NCBI RefSeq assembly: GCF_009914755.1
Contig: NC_060932.1
Origin: the human T2T-CHM13v2.0 reference genome, Homo sapiens
Strand: one strand, 5' to 3'
DNA length: 64,000 bases
The translations under genes were made by a program, and so were the position numbers. Below the pieces are notes generated by a model. The model saw only the letters and a program-made list of their open reading frames with translations. It was not told where the DNA came from and ran no database searches. This document shows positions 1 to 14,717 of this stretch, one piece after another (position 1 is the first letter of the stretch; the number at the start of each line of letters is the position of its first letter).

Positions 1-774
1 TTTTACAAATGACAAAGAGAAAGATGAGCGTGAAGGCTGTAACAGGCAACCACACCTGTCACTGGAGGAACTGTGGAAAGACTCAAGCCCCTGACACCCT
101 GGGCCCCAGCGGCTCCTCCCTGGAGGTCTAAGAACTCCCAGCACCTCCACACCTGCCTGGTCTGTGCTCATAGTAGGGTGAGCGTGGGAGGCTGGTCCAG
201 GAGAGGATGGCAATGGAGGAAAGTTCATGAGCTTTAGAGAACAGATCCTGCCCAGGGCCACAGAGCTAATCAACAGCAAAGTGGGATCGAACCCAGGCTG
301 GGCAGTCAGTCTCTTAACCGCAGGCCAGCGTCCCACCAGCGCTGCCCACAGATGCCTTGGCCATCCCTGACCCCTTCCCCAGCGGCAAAAGCTGGCAGCA
401 GATGGAAAATCAGTCTCAATTTGGCCTGAGAGCAGCAAGGGCTGCAGGAGTTCAGAGCGCAAGCATGCTGTTTTCCCATCTTGTCTGATCTCAGAAACTT
501 CCCAACATCTCTGTCTCAATGCTTCTCAGCTCACCCACTTGGGAAACGCTTCCTGGCCTTCATCATTGTCAAGATTAGATTTTGAGACCTTCGAGAACCC
601 CTCCATGTGGGCCTATAATTACAGCATAAAGATTTCCCCATAAAATGCAGGATCAGTTGCTGGCTCCAGGAGAAATGTAGGATGCTTCTGAATTCAAATC
701 TGAGCCTCTGCAATCACAATGCCATAGAGCTAAGTCCGCGAACTTGTGGACTGTTGCATTGCTCTCACAGGGAC

Positions 775-1092
<318 letters not shown>

Positions 1093-1241
1093 TGAAACAA
1101 GTGAAACAAAAGTATGGTGGTGAATAAGACTTCATTTGCTGCATCTCGACACTAAACATGCAGACTCCCAGAAAATGGTCACCATGGCCCCTTCCCACCA
1201 GAGAACCGCAGGCTGGGATACCATTTTAAAAACAGGCAAAG

Positions 1242-1586
<345 letters not shown>

Positions 1587-2484
1587 CTACATTTCTATTT
1601 GAAAACTCTCCCGAATGGCAGCATTTTGCCCCTATACCAATACATTTTTTACAAAGACTGTCTTGCCAGCTGTCACCCTCAGGTGAAAGAACTATGGAGT
1701 TTTCATGGGGGCCTCCATGTGGGAAGCTACGATCAGTCCCAGAGTGGAGGGGCCTGGGCCTCCCAGCTGCTGTGTTTGCAGGGACCCTGCCCAGCAGTCC
1801 CCACCCCGAAACCTGGGACAAGGTTCTCCTCTTTGTGCCGTCCGCCTCCCCGGATTAATATGGGAGCCCTGTGACCTACCATACAAAATGGGACACTTCT
1901 GAGGGGAGGGGGCATATTACTAATTATTCTGAAAGCACAGTCTTCACACCAGGGTGTGTGGCCACCCTCTGCAGACCTCACTGTGAGACCTGCATCCGTG
2001 ACATGCTGATCCCTCCTCTCTGTGTCTCCCTAGTGTCCCGGCTGACAGGTAGTACGGCTGACTTGCCCCCTTCCAGAAAAGCCACACGCAGCATGCCAGG
2101 AAAGAGGCCAGGACAACGCATTGGGCACTGGGTCCTGCAGCTCCTGGGGCTTCCGGCTTCAGGCTCAGATACAACCAGGGGAGCCCTGGCTGGGGATCAG
2201 CACTTGAAAATATTTGCTCCTTCCTGGCCTCTGGGGACTGCATGCGAAGGGTGCCCCCGCCGCTGCTTCCCTGTCCACTGCCTTGTTGAGTCGGCTCTCT
2301 CTGCACATCCCCAGTCCTTCTGTGGGAGAGGCTGCGAGGGTCCAGGAGCAAGGGGCAGGTGGCACAGTGGTACAGTCTTAAAACCTGCAAGCTGGGTCTG
2401 GGCTATTTCGTGAATATCCATAAGAGAAAACCAAGGTGCAGAGCAGGCCGGGCAAGTGCCTCATCTGAGCTCCCAGTCCTCGCC

Positions 2485-2548
2485 TTCCGCACACGACAGA
2501 AACTCCGCACACGACAGAAGCTCCGCACACGACAGAAGCTCTGCACAC
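2485..2548. repeat. 18-bp minisatellite (CTCCGCACACGACAGAAR) x ~3.5
   Basis: Direct tandem copies at 2486, 2503, 2521 and a partial copy at 2539. Confidence 0.9.
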
Positions 2549-3474
2549 AGAGCCATCGAGTTTCAACAAACCCAGTGCCTAGAGAGTCCCATGAGGCGGC
2601 CGAAATGACGATGGGACAGCGTCACTCCCAGGGCTCGGCTTCCGGCCAGCTGGGCTGCCCGGCCACTGAGATGCCATGTTCCTGGACACACAATATAATT
2701 CAGCTGTGAGAATTATCTATGCAGGGCCAGAAGTTTCCGTGTGTGTGTGTGTACACATACATGTGTGTATATAAAATCATATATGATGGATGTATATGGA
2801 AAATCACACCACGTTGCACTAAAAGCCAGCCCACTCTTGCTAGCAATAAAACTGCTCTAATAATTCACTGGAATAAACTTTTTTAAAGGGAAAATATCTA
2901 TTTTTCAGGTATTCCTGCCAAATACTGGAAACAACCAAAACGCCCAATGGTAGAGGAATGAGTACAAAAACAAAGTTTCACCAAAGCCATACGGAAATTG
3001 GAGTTGGTTTATTACATGACAATTGGATAGACTATGTTCTTCAGATTTTCTCTTCCTGTAACATGGTTTAAATTAGTTAAATATGCAGTTAATTAAGCAA
3101 GCATCTCTGCCTAGGCACTGCAGGATTGGAGATGTTTATTTTCTTCAATTTCCTGGGATCCTCCTGGCCGGAAAGAAAAAGTACAAAGTACTTTTTCCAC
3201 CTCGGTCCCAGCTGCCTCCCACCACAGTGGCAGCCCCATCTGGGCTCAGGCATCGCTGTGGCACCAACTGTTCCTCCCACTCTACAGAAAGAAAGGGAGA
3301 GGCCCTCCCTTCGGGGTACAGTCCCAGCCAGGGTAGAATGTACAGGAAGAGCTTTCCAGTCACGCTGTGGACAAAGTCTGGCACTGGTCCTGGATCCTCC
3401 AAGTCACTGTGTTGTGATGATGCCCCTCTCCAGGCTCCTCCCAGCTTGCCTCAGTCATAGTACTGTGCCCTGGG

Positions 3475-3960
3475 GTTGGGGGATGTGGGAAAGCAGACAC
3501 CCTGGGCATTGATGGGAAGTGTGACATGCTACAGCCCCGCAGCCAGTGGGGAAAGCAATTTGGCAATATCTTATCAAAAGTATAAATGCATGTGTCACTT
3601 GATCCAGAAACTCCACTTTCAGGAATTTATCCTCCAGATGTACTTCTGTGTAAAATGGTTTATATACAAGGATATTCACTATGGCATGTCCTTCCATAGC
3701 AGAGGACTGGAAAAACAACTCTTACGTTCATCAATACCGGACTGGTTAATTCAATTAAGGCACACTATGTAGCCATAAACAATGATCTTGATGTACTGAT
3801 ATGGAATTCTTGTAGTATATGCTATGAAATATTAGAAGGCATGGACATTACATTGATATTCTCTTACAAAAAGAAGGGGAGAAGAATCTATACATGGATT
3901 TGTTTATATACAGAATGAACATTTTTAGGAGGACAGACAAGAAACTGATCATACTGGTTG
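3475..3960 (+). mobile_element. Old L1 (L1M/L1ME-type) fragment
   Basis: Degenerate L1 ORF2-end motifs (gaaagcaatttggcaata, ttgatccagaaactccact...ggaatttatcct). Confidence 0.6.
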
Positions 3961-4027
3961 TTTCCAGGGAGGTGTCTTGGTGGCTCACGGAAGGACTTCT
4001 CATTGTTTGCTGTTGTGTACCTTTTAA

Positions 4028-4396
<369 letters not shown>

Positions 4397-5701
4397 TAAA
4401 ATACATAAATATGTCAGGGGCTAGCATCATCACTCTTTCATGCAGTAACATTTTTAATTTAAAGCTGGGCAGGTTCCATTTTCAGATTTTTCCATAAAAG
4501 CATCTTTTCTCCCACCTTCCTTTCCTACAAAAGCATCTTAATTCCCTAATGGGAAAATGGAACCCATTTCCCAAGTGGGTCCTCAGCTTTGCTGCACTCC
4601 TGAAGCTGTTGACCCGCTGTCATCTTTCACAGCACCCTAGCTCCTGTCCCAGCGAGCCCCAGCCTCAGCCCCAGGGAACCCTGGCCTGGCTTCTAATGCT
4701 GTGATATGGTCCTGGTTTCTTTTATTTATTAGGAAGATTGCAATGGAGCTTTGGCCAGAGGAGACTTAAGCTGGGCTAGTCTGGGCCATTTGACTCTGCA
4801 ACCCCAGTTAGTAGCTGGCAGGACGGAAAGGGAATATTGAATAAATTGCCAGGGCAGCTCCCTCAGGGACCGAGACAATGGGTCTGCAGGGAGAGGCTTT
4901 TCCTTCCAGGCCCATGGCCTGCCGTCAGGAGGAAACAACTTCCCCTTCGCCTCTGGAATGGCAGCAGCAGCAGCCAGCTGGGAGATTTATGGAGATATAA
5001 TGTGACCTCTTTATTGCCCTGAATGCTAGGGAGGCATTTCAGGGGAGATTTACGCCTTTCAGAAGAGGAGGCGAGCAAGGGTGTAGAAATTTATACGTGG
5101 GGACTGTTTTCCCCTCTCGGGGGTGTCTGGGGGATTACTTAATCAAACCGAGGTTAAGCTCCAATCGCCATCACTTTACATCTTTTTCTCCTGCTAATCC
5201 ACCGAGTCACCCTGCTACCCTGAAAGCTTTTTGCATGAAATATGGAGTCTAAGCCAAGTTGCAAGGGATCTGTTTAGTTCTAAGTTCAGTTAACACAAAA
5301 CAAAACAAAAAATAAGAATGAAGACCACATTACCAGGGCCAGGAGACAATGCCCTGCAGTCGTGGACCTGGGCAGCACACATTTTGCCTATATAGGCCTC
5401 AGATCTTCTTTGTAAAAGGAAGGTGTTAGACCAGATGACTTAGGTGCTTCCTAGTGTGAAAAGAATCTAGATAATATCAGATCAAATGCTAACGCTATAC
5501 CTTACTCTGCACCAGTGATTCTTCTGTCACTTTTTTTTTAAGCTGCAGAACTCTTTCTTCAAAGAAAATCTAATCTGAGGAAGCCCAACATTAAAGACAG
5601 AGGAATGCAATTGACTGGGTGAAAGGGTGGCTCCGCCTTCTGCCCACCACTCCTCCAGGTCCACATCCACACCCCCCGGGGTCTTGACGAAGGTCCTCCA
5701 G

Positions 5702-5715
5702 CCTCTAGAGGGCGC
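5702..5715 (+). promoter_or_regulatory. Candidate CTCF site
   Basis: CCTCTAGAGGGCGC is close to the CTCF core consensus; local CpG retention. Confidence 0.55.
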
Positions 5716-6068
5716 CCTGGGCTGCAGAGTTCCTGCCAAGCGCTGCTCAGGGCTCTCCTGATGCAGTGAACGGGGTCCGCCCCTGGCTTCGCTATCAGAA
5801 GCCACGCAGACCAGACTTAAAGGCAGAGGCAGGGGCAATTCCAGACGCAAGTAGAGGTGGACGCCTTAGCCAACAGTCATTTCACCTCTCTTGGTCTGGT
5901 CTCCACAACTCAAAAGTGCAGTAGTTGGAACAGATGATTTCTAGGCTCCTACCTGTGAAAGCATTCAACGTGGCACTGCATTCTAACTCTCATTTATGTT
6001 TTTAGTCCCTGTCCCCTTCAATTTGTGTTTAAATTACGCAATTTTTAATTGCTACAAAAATTCAAACA

Positions 6069-6353
6069 GGCCAGGCATGGTGGCTCTGGCCTGTAATCCC
6101 AGCCCTTTGTGAGGTCGGAGTATGGCTTGAGCTCAGGAGTTCAATACCAGCCTGGGCAACATAGTAACACCACATCTCTTAAATAAAATAATAATTAGCT
6201 GGGCTTGGTGGCCCTCGCCTGTAGTCTCAGCTACTCCAGAGGCTGAGGTAGGAGGATCACTTGAGCCTGGGACTTCAAGCCTGCAAGCGAGTTATGATCG
6301 CACCACCACACTCCAACCTGGGTGACAAAGCAAAACCCTATCTCAAAAAAAAA
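6069..6353 (+). mobile_element. Alu (AluJ-like)
   Basis: Dimer; TSD ttcaaacagg. Confidence 0.9.
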
Positions 6354-6412
6354 TTTTTTTTTTCAAACAGGCAAACGGTACAGAAGAATGTCACGTAGAA
6401 ACAAAAGGTCTC

Positions 6413-6743
<331 letters not shown>

Positions 6744-7327
6744 TCACCCTGATCCCATCTCCAGGGGCAGAGGTGGCTAACAATTTTCCTGTTTTTCCAG
6801 ATATCTTCCACTGCATTAATTAACATTTTTATTTTTAGAAATTTTAAAATTACATAAAAACACAAAGGACACTGTAACAATTCTGTTTATTCCCCCACCA
6901 TCTGCTATCCAATCACTATATTGAATTTAGTGTATATCCTTCCAATTAATCTATATACTTCTACACACAGGGATAAATGTTCCTCTGAAGAACATAAGCA
7001 TTGCTTTGCAATTTTAAAGATTTACATGAATGCTTTCTTTAAAAAATATGAAATATTTCAGTCATTGAGAAAAAAATATATAGCAAACACTCTTAAACCC
7101 ACCACCAGCTTTTTCAAATCTTTGTTTTACCATATTTCCTTCAGATGTTTTTAAAGAAATACAACATTGCAGATACAGTAGATGCCTCTGTGTAACCCAC
7201 AATTCCAGTCTCTTTTTTGCCTATTATGTTTCCCAGTTTTAATTATACATGTGGATCTGCTTTATTTGAGTTGATTTACAGTTTTCCATTATATTAATAA
7301 ATCACATTTTACTTGTTCATTTCTTTA

Positions 7328-7997
<670 letters not shown>

Positions 7998-8719
7998 CTT
8001 ACTGATATATATTCAGATTGTTTTCAGTTTTTTGCTGTAATAGCAATGCTTCATCAGGCATCCTTGTACATGTCTGTTTATACACATGAGAAAAGTGTAT
8101 CTAGGATATAGGAGATATATTTTAGCCATGTTCAAATGTATATGTATAAAACACTTATGCTTGGTTTGGTGCTGTTTAAGCTGTTATGCTGTAACAAACA
8201 AATAGTTATTTGTTTGCTGTTCACATTACATGTCAGCTGCAAGTTGGCCGAAATTCTATATGTATGCTTCAATTGGACATGCAGGCCGAAGGCAAAACCT
8301 CTATGTGGTTCATGCCAGCCTCGTGGCAGGGGGCAAAAAGTAATGACAGAACCACGTAATGGCTCTTAATGCCTCTGTGTGGAAGTTGCATAGTGACTTC
8401 GAGTCACATATTCTTGATCAAAGCAAGTCTCATAGCCAAGCCTGTGTCATCGGGGTGGTGGAAATAATCCTCACCAGAAATGGGCTCCCTCAGTACAGGA
8501 AAGAACAGAGCAGTGTGCTGAACACACGTGGGATCATACCATGGATACTCCTCTGCAGCTGTTTCTGCAGGGACGCATATCTGTTTAGACATTTTTCCAT
8601 ATCAGCACAGATCTACTTCTCTCTTCGAAGAGGATTTATTAGTTTTGCATTGTTAAGGCACATAACACTTACATTCTACTCCATAATTCTCACAGCTGTT
8701 TAGCTGTACATGATATTTG

Positions 8720-9490
8720 AAAGGATTCAATGCTAATGCCAATCTTTTTATGCCACAGCCTCCCCATTCCTAATACCTTGGCTGCATTTCAGCAAGTAAT
8801 TTTTCACTGCTACACACAACAGGGCTGCAATGAACATCACTGCTTTAGCTTCCGTGCCAGTGTGTCTCTAGTTTGTTTTGATTTCTGATAAGGCAAGTTC
8901 CCCTTTCTTAAGTCTCCTTTTAAAAAATTATCTTGGCTATTCTTGTACAATAACTCTTTCATATAAATTTTATAATCAGCTGGACACGTTGTATTTAAGA
9001 AATCTTGCTGGGATGTTTCCTGAGACTGTGTTAAATTTATAGATTTGTTTGAGGGAGTTTGGAATAAAGAATGCTGCCAACTTTTCCAATCCAAGGATCT
9101 AGTATCTTTCTCCATTTATTCATGTCTTCTTTTATGCCCTTCAGTAAAGCTTTATAGCTCCCTCCACAGGGAATTTACATTTGTTTAGTGAAGTTGACCA
9201 GTATTTTATCTGCAAATAATGAAAACATTGCCGCTTTCTTTCCTATCTCATTCATTTTATTAACAAGGAAATTTACTCCTGGCAACCCTAACCCACATGT
9301 GATGGTATTTGGAGGTTGGGCATTTGGGAGGCGAACAGGCAGGAGAGCTGAGAGGTATGGACCAGCTCTCGAAGTCTTTCCCTCCATGTGGTCTGGATTT
9401 ATATTATATTCGGCAGTTTTCTATAGTTGGGGATATGAGTTATCTCTTAATTTCACTGCAGATAAAAGTTTTACTTGATTTGGGGGGTTC
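8720..9490 (-). mobile_element. Old L1 fragments
   Basis: Degenerate L1 ORF2-like translation on the minus strand (ORF 8837..9115) and typical antisense L1 motifs. Confidence 0.55.
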
Positions 9491-10514
9491 TTTTCATCTG
9501 ATGTGCTGGTCTTCGGGGAGGAAAGGGAGAAAGCAAACCTTTACTCTGCTAGCCTTCGCAGGAAGTCTCTACCTCCTCTTCAGACCAGACACACATCCTC
9601 CTCAAATTCCGTCAGCTCCTCTTCCTCTAGCCTCCAGACTCGGGTTCACCTGACGTGTTCATGAATCTTTATGGCAATCAATCACATCTATCTTGAATTA
9701 TCTATTTTATCCTTGTTTTGCAATAGCAGTTAGTTTTTTGGTGTTACTTCACGTTTTCTTCCCAACCTCTCTCCTTCTGTTTTGTTTTGTTGCTCTAGCC
9801 TCAGAATTCTTTAGCCAAGCAAATCAAACATTTACAAATCAAATATAAAGTAGATGAAACGGAGCTTCTCTGCAATAGGGGCCCCACAGACCCTGCTCTC
9901 AGCCTTCCTCCCATCTAAAGCACCTGCACTGAAATCAGTGCCCCTGGAGAATAGTTCGATGACAATACGTCTAGTAGTTCCATCTGCCTTTTTACAAATA
10001 CATTTCACTTACTTGGCAGACATCTTAGGTAGAGCATGAAGCTGCTACAAAATCTACAGTCTTTTATTACACATGGTTAATAGCTTTAATCCAATCTGAT
10101 TTGCATTCCAAAGAAATTTTAAAAGTGCATCCACTCCTATATTTTATGAATGTGACTTAAAATTTTAATGCAGATTATAAATATGATAGATTTGCAGATC
10201 AAAACTCGGTTGCTTGTAGTACAACATTTAAAAATCACCATTTTCCACCTCCTCACCAAGGATAACCTTCTCCTTAGTGATCAGCCCTGCTGTGATAGCA
10301 GGATAACACTGAGGCTTGGGCAAAGAGAAACACTGAAGAGCCAGAAAGGCAATCTTGTAGAACCAATTCTGGATGGCTAGTTCTACCTAATCGTCCATAA
10401 ATGCTACTTACACCTTTGGCCAAAGAAGCAAATAGAATGAAGTGTTAGGAAAAAGGTTTTCACAATTTACTTTCTACTTACTAAGCTTGTACACTGCCTC
10501 TCCATTTTTCTCTT

Positions 10515-10967
10515 CTTTAAATTGTGATAAAATACATATAAAATTAGCCATCTTAACCATTTTTAAGTGTACAGTTCAGTGATAGTAAATGTGTTCACAC
10601 TGTTGTGAAACTAATCTCTACAACTGTTTTCATCGTGCAAAACTGAAACTCTGCACCCATTAAACTCTAACTCCCCATCCTCCCGCACCCCGATCCTGGC
10701 CCCACCACCTGGCAACCCCTCTTCTGCTTTCTGTCGTCACGAATTTGACGGCTCTGGGGGCCCCACAGAAGTGGGATCATAGAGTGTTTGTCCTTTGGTG
10801 ACTGGCTTGTTTCACTTAGCGTAATGTCTTCAGGATTCATCTGTTGTAGCAGTGCAAGACTTCCTTTTTAAGGCTGAGTAATACTCCACTGAGCACACAG
10901 ACCACATTTGTTCATTCATTCATCCACGGATGGACACCTAGGCTACTTCCACCTTTTGGATATTGTG
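10515..10967 (-). mobile_element. L1MB-type 3' end
   Basis: ccatcttaaccatttttaagtgtacagttcagt...aaactgaaactctgcacccattaaac...ggctgagtaatactcc. Confidence 0.85.
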
Positions 10968-12059
10968 TCTCTCTCTTTTAATCAATAATGCGCTCATTTT
11001 TACAAGAAAATAAACATTGGGAATAAATGTAAACTCAAAATACATCAATCAAATGTGGATCACTGTGGTTTTGCTGATCCAGCCAGGAAACTCCTCAAAA
11101 CCGGGTCTTCATAAGACTCAGTCTTCCAGGAGGAAACTCAGAGGCAGTGGTAGCTGCAATATTATTCTCTTGCTGACCAAGAGTGAACAGATTACAGGTA
11201 AGGAAATGAAAAACCAGAAAAGTCAGGACCAAAGGAGAATCCTGCAGCAACAAATGGAGAGGGAAGGAAGACTGCCCGAGAAGCTCGCCCTGACAGAGCC
11301 GTCCAGGCACGCGGGCTGCACCTCAGTGGGCACTGGGCCACATGCCCTGAAATGTGAGCTCCCAAGGCAGATGACACGAGACAAACAGAGAGGGCACTGG
11401 CCGGGGAAGTCAGGCTGACCTAGGTCCCGCCAGCCTCGGGCCTTCTGTGGCCTTGGGCAGGTCCCTGTGACCTGGGTTTCTTCTCCTGCCCATGGACATT
11501 ACAGTTCCTGCCCACAGGACAGTCGCTGGAATAAATAACAAAACAATGCCAGGGCAGCAGGAAACATCCTAAGCGCTCAGTGTTGGCTGGGCCTCAGTGC
11601 TACCACCAAATATCATCCCTTTTCCCACAGCTGCTCTGCTGACCAGGCTGGCCATGGCCTGAACACCCAGGAGCCATCCTCCTCTTCGCTGTCTGCACCT
11701 CTGCCTAGTTCTTGTCCTCAGGCCCCTACGTGGAGGCCAGACAAAGCTCCCAGCTCCTGACCAGAACAGTACAAATAATCACTCTTCAGATCCCCCTGTT
11801 TCACATTCTATTCCGATTTTTAGTAAAATCATTAAAACATCCCCGACAGTGACTGTTCACCTTCACTGAATCTCACAGATCATCAGAGGTAGAAGGGCCC
11901 ATAGATCTAAGAGGTGTCTGGTTTCAGTTCACTCATCTTCACAAGAATCGAAAGCCTAGGCAAGCCCACTTGGCTCCTCTGAGATGGACACCACGTCCCT
12001 GTCACTCCTGCAGCGAAGACAGCTGGATCCTTACTCCAGCCCACAAAACCACTCACTGA

Positions 12060-12360
12060 GGCCAGGCACGATGGCTTATGCCTGTAATCCCAGCACATTG
12101 GGAGGCTGAGGCAGGAGTATCACTTGAGCTCATGAGTTCAAGACCAGCCTGGGCAACATGGCAAAACCCTACCTCCAAAAAATATAGACGTTAGCTGGGC
12201 ATGGTAGTAATTCCAGCTACTCAGGAGGCTGAGGTGTGAGGATTCCTTGAACCCTGGAGGTAAAGACTGCAGTGAGCCATGATCACGCCACTGCACTCCA
12301 GCCTGGGCAATGGAGCAAGACCTTCTTCTCTCAAAAACAATAGAAACAACGACAACAAAT
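12060..12360 (+). mobile_element. Alu (AluJ-like)
   Basis: Dimer with A-rich tail. Confidence 0.9.
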
Positions 12361-12706
12361 AGTAAGTGGTAGGAATATCCAGGAATTATATATTGGGTTT
12401 AAAAACCAAAAATGTATAACGACTAACTAATAAGTAACTCCTCATTTTCCTTCCTTCTCCAAACTCACTCAGAATTGAGCAACCACCATGGGTCAGATGC
12501 ATTTCCAGGCGGAAATTCACAAGGCAGCGGACTTAACCCCTGCTTTTCAGCGAACACAATTTTGCATCATGATAATTCAAGCTGGAATGATTCACTTATT
12601 TCCAGAGATTACTAGAGACCAACGCTGTGAGGGCTTTCTCAGAACACACACTACTGAACTACACAGTCCTTCTTCCTTTCTGTGTTCAACCTAAGTAGCT
12701 TCTGCA

Positions 12707-13027
<321 letters not shown>

Positions 13028-13057
13028 TCATCTGGTCCCAACTCCCTCAGCTAGATC

Positions 13058-13327
13058 TTTTTTTTCTTGCTCTGTCACCCAGGCTGGAGTGCAGTGGCAC
13101 GATCATGGCTCACTGCAACCAGGTTCAAGTGATTCTCCTGCTTCAGCCTCCTGAGTAGTTGGGATTATAGGCACCTGTCACCACACATGGCTAATTTTTC
13201 TATTTTTAGTAGAGAAGGGGTTTCACCATGTTGGCCCGGCTGGTCTCGAATTCCTGACCTCAAGTGATCCTCCCACCTCGACCTCCCGAAGTACTGGGAT
13301 TACAGGCGTGAGCCACCACGCCTGGCC
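13058..13327 (-). mobile_element. Alu (AluSx/Sz-like)
   Basis: Reverse dimer; TSD tcagctag(a/g)tctt. Confidence 0.9.
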
Positions 13328-13564
13328 GTCAGCTAGGTCTTTAAACTATTCTAAAGCTATGACTATAACCCCAATTAGTCTGTGCTTATCTAAATGTGCC
13401 CCCCTATGTAAGAGAAATTATAGACAGTAAGTTGGATATGGGGTCTATGACCTAAATGTAGATTAATACTGAGAAGGAAGGCAAATTCTCACTAATATAA
13501 AACCCCACTTAATTCAACTTGGCAGCCTCCTGTGCAATCTAACCCTTTATGGTATTGAATCCAG

Positions 13565-13920
13565 GGCTGGGCACAGTGGCTCAAACCCATAATCTCACCA
13601 TTTTTGGAGGCTGAGGAAGGAGGATTGCTTGAGCCCAAGAGTTGAAGGCTACAGTGAGCCATGACCATGCCACTGTACTCCAGCCTGGGCAACAGAGCAA
13701 GACCCTGCCCCTACAGAAAGTAAAATGATAATTAAAAAAAAAAAAGCTGGGTATGGTGGTGCACACCTGTAGTCCCAGCTACTTAGAAGGCTGAGGAAGG
13801 CGGAGTGCTTGAGCCCAGAAGTTCAAGGCTGCAGTGAGCTATGATCACAGCACCGCACTCCAGCCTGAGCATCAGAGCAAAACCCTGTTTCAAAAACAAA
13901 ACCAAAAATAAAACAAAAAA
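13565..13920 (+). mobile_element. Atypical AluJ-like element with two right-arm-type monomers
   Basis: Both monomers contain the right-arm segment cagtgagc...cactgtactccagcc. Confidence 0.75.
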
Positions 13921-13989
13921 GATACTATTTTCAATATTTCCTTTAATGATAATAGCATTTATTAATGGTTGGCTTAATGACTAATATTT

Positions 13990-14313
<324 letters not shown>

Positions 14314-14430
14314 TTACTACATGCCGAGTACTATGCTTTATGAATAATATTTCTTAGCCTCTATGGAGTAGTTTCCATTCCAATTTTATGGGCATGAAAA
14401 CTGGGTGACATTATACGGGGTAAAGCTGGA

Positions 14431-14717
14431 TTTTTTTTACTTTTTTTTTTTGAGACAGAGTCTCACTCTGTCACCCAGGCTAGATCACGGCTCACCGCAG
14501 TCTCCACCTCCCAGGCTCAAGTGATCGTCCCACCGCAGCCTCCCTAGCTGGGGCCACAGACAGACACTACCATACTGGGCGAATTTTTTGTATTTTTAGT
14601 AGAGACAGGGTTTCATCATGTTGCCCAGTCTGGTCTCGAACTCCTGAGCTCAAGCGATCTGCCTGCCTCAGCCTCCCAAAGCGCTGGGATTACAGGTGTG
14701 AGCCACCGCACCCAGGC
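14431..14717 (-). mobile_element. Alu (AluJ-like)
   Basis: Reverse dimer with an internal deletion. Confidence 0.88.

Noticed and set aside
2485-2548. Repeat array as CRISPR-like
   Set aside because: Head-to-tail units with no spacers, in a mammalian intron.
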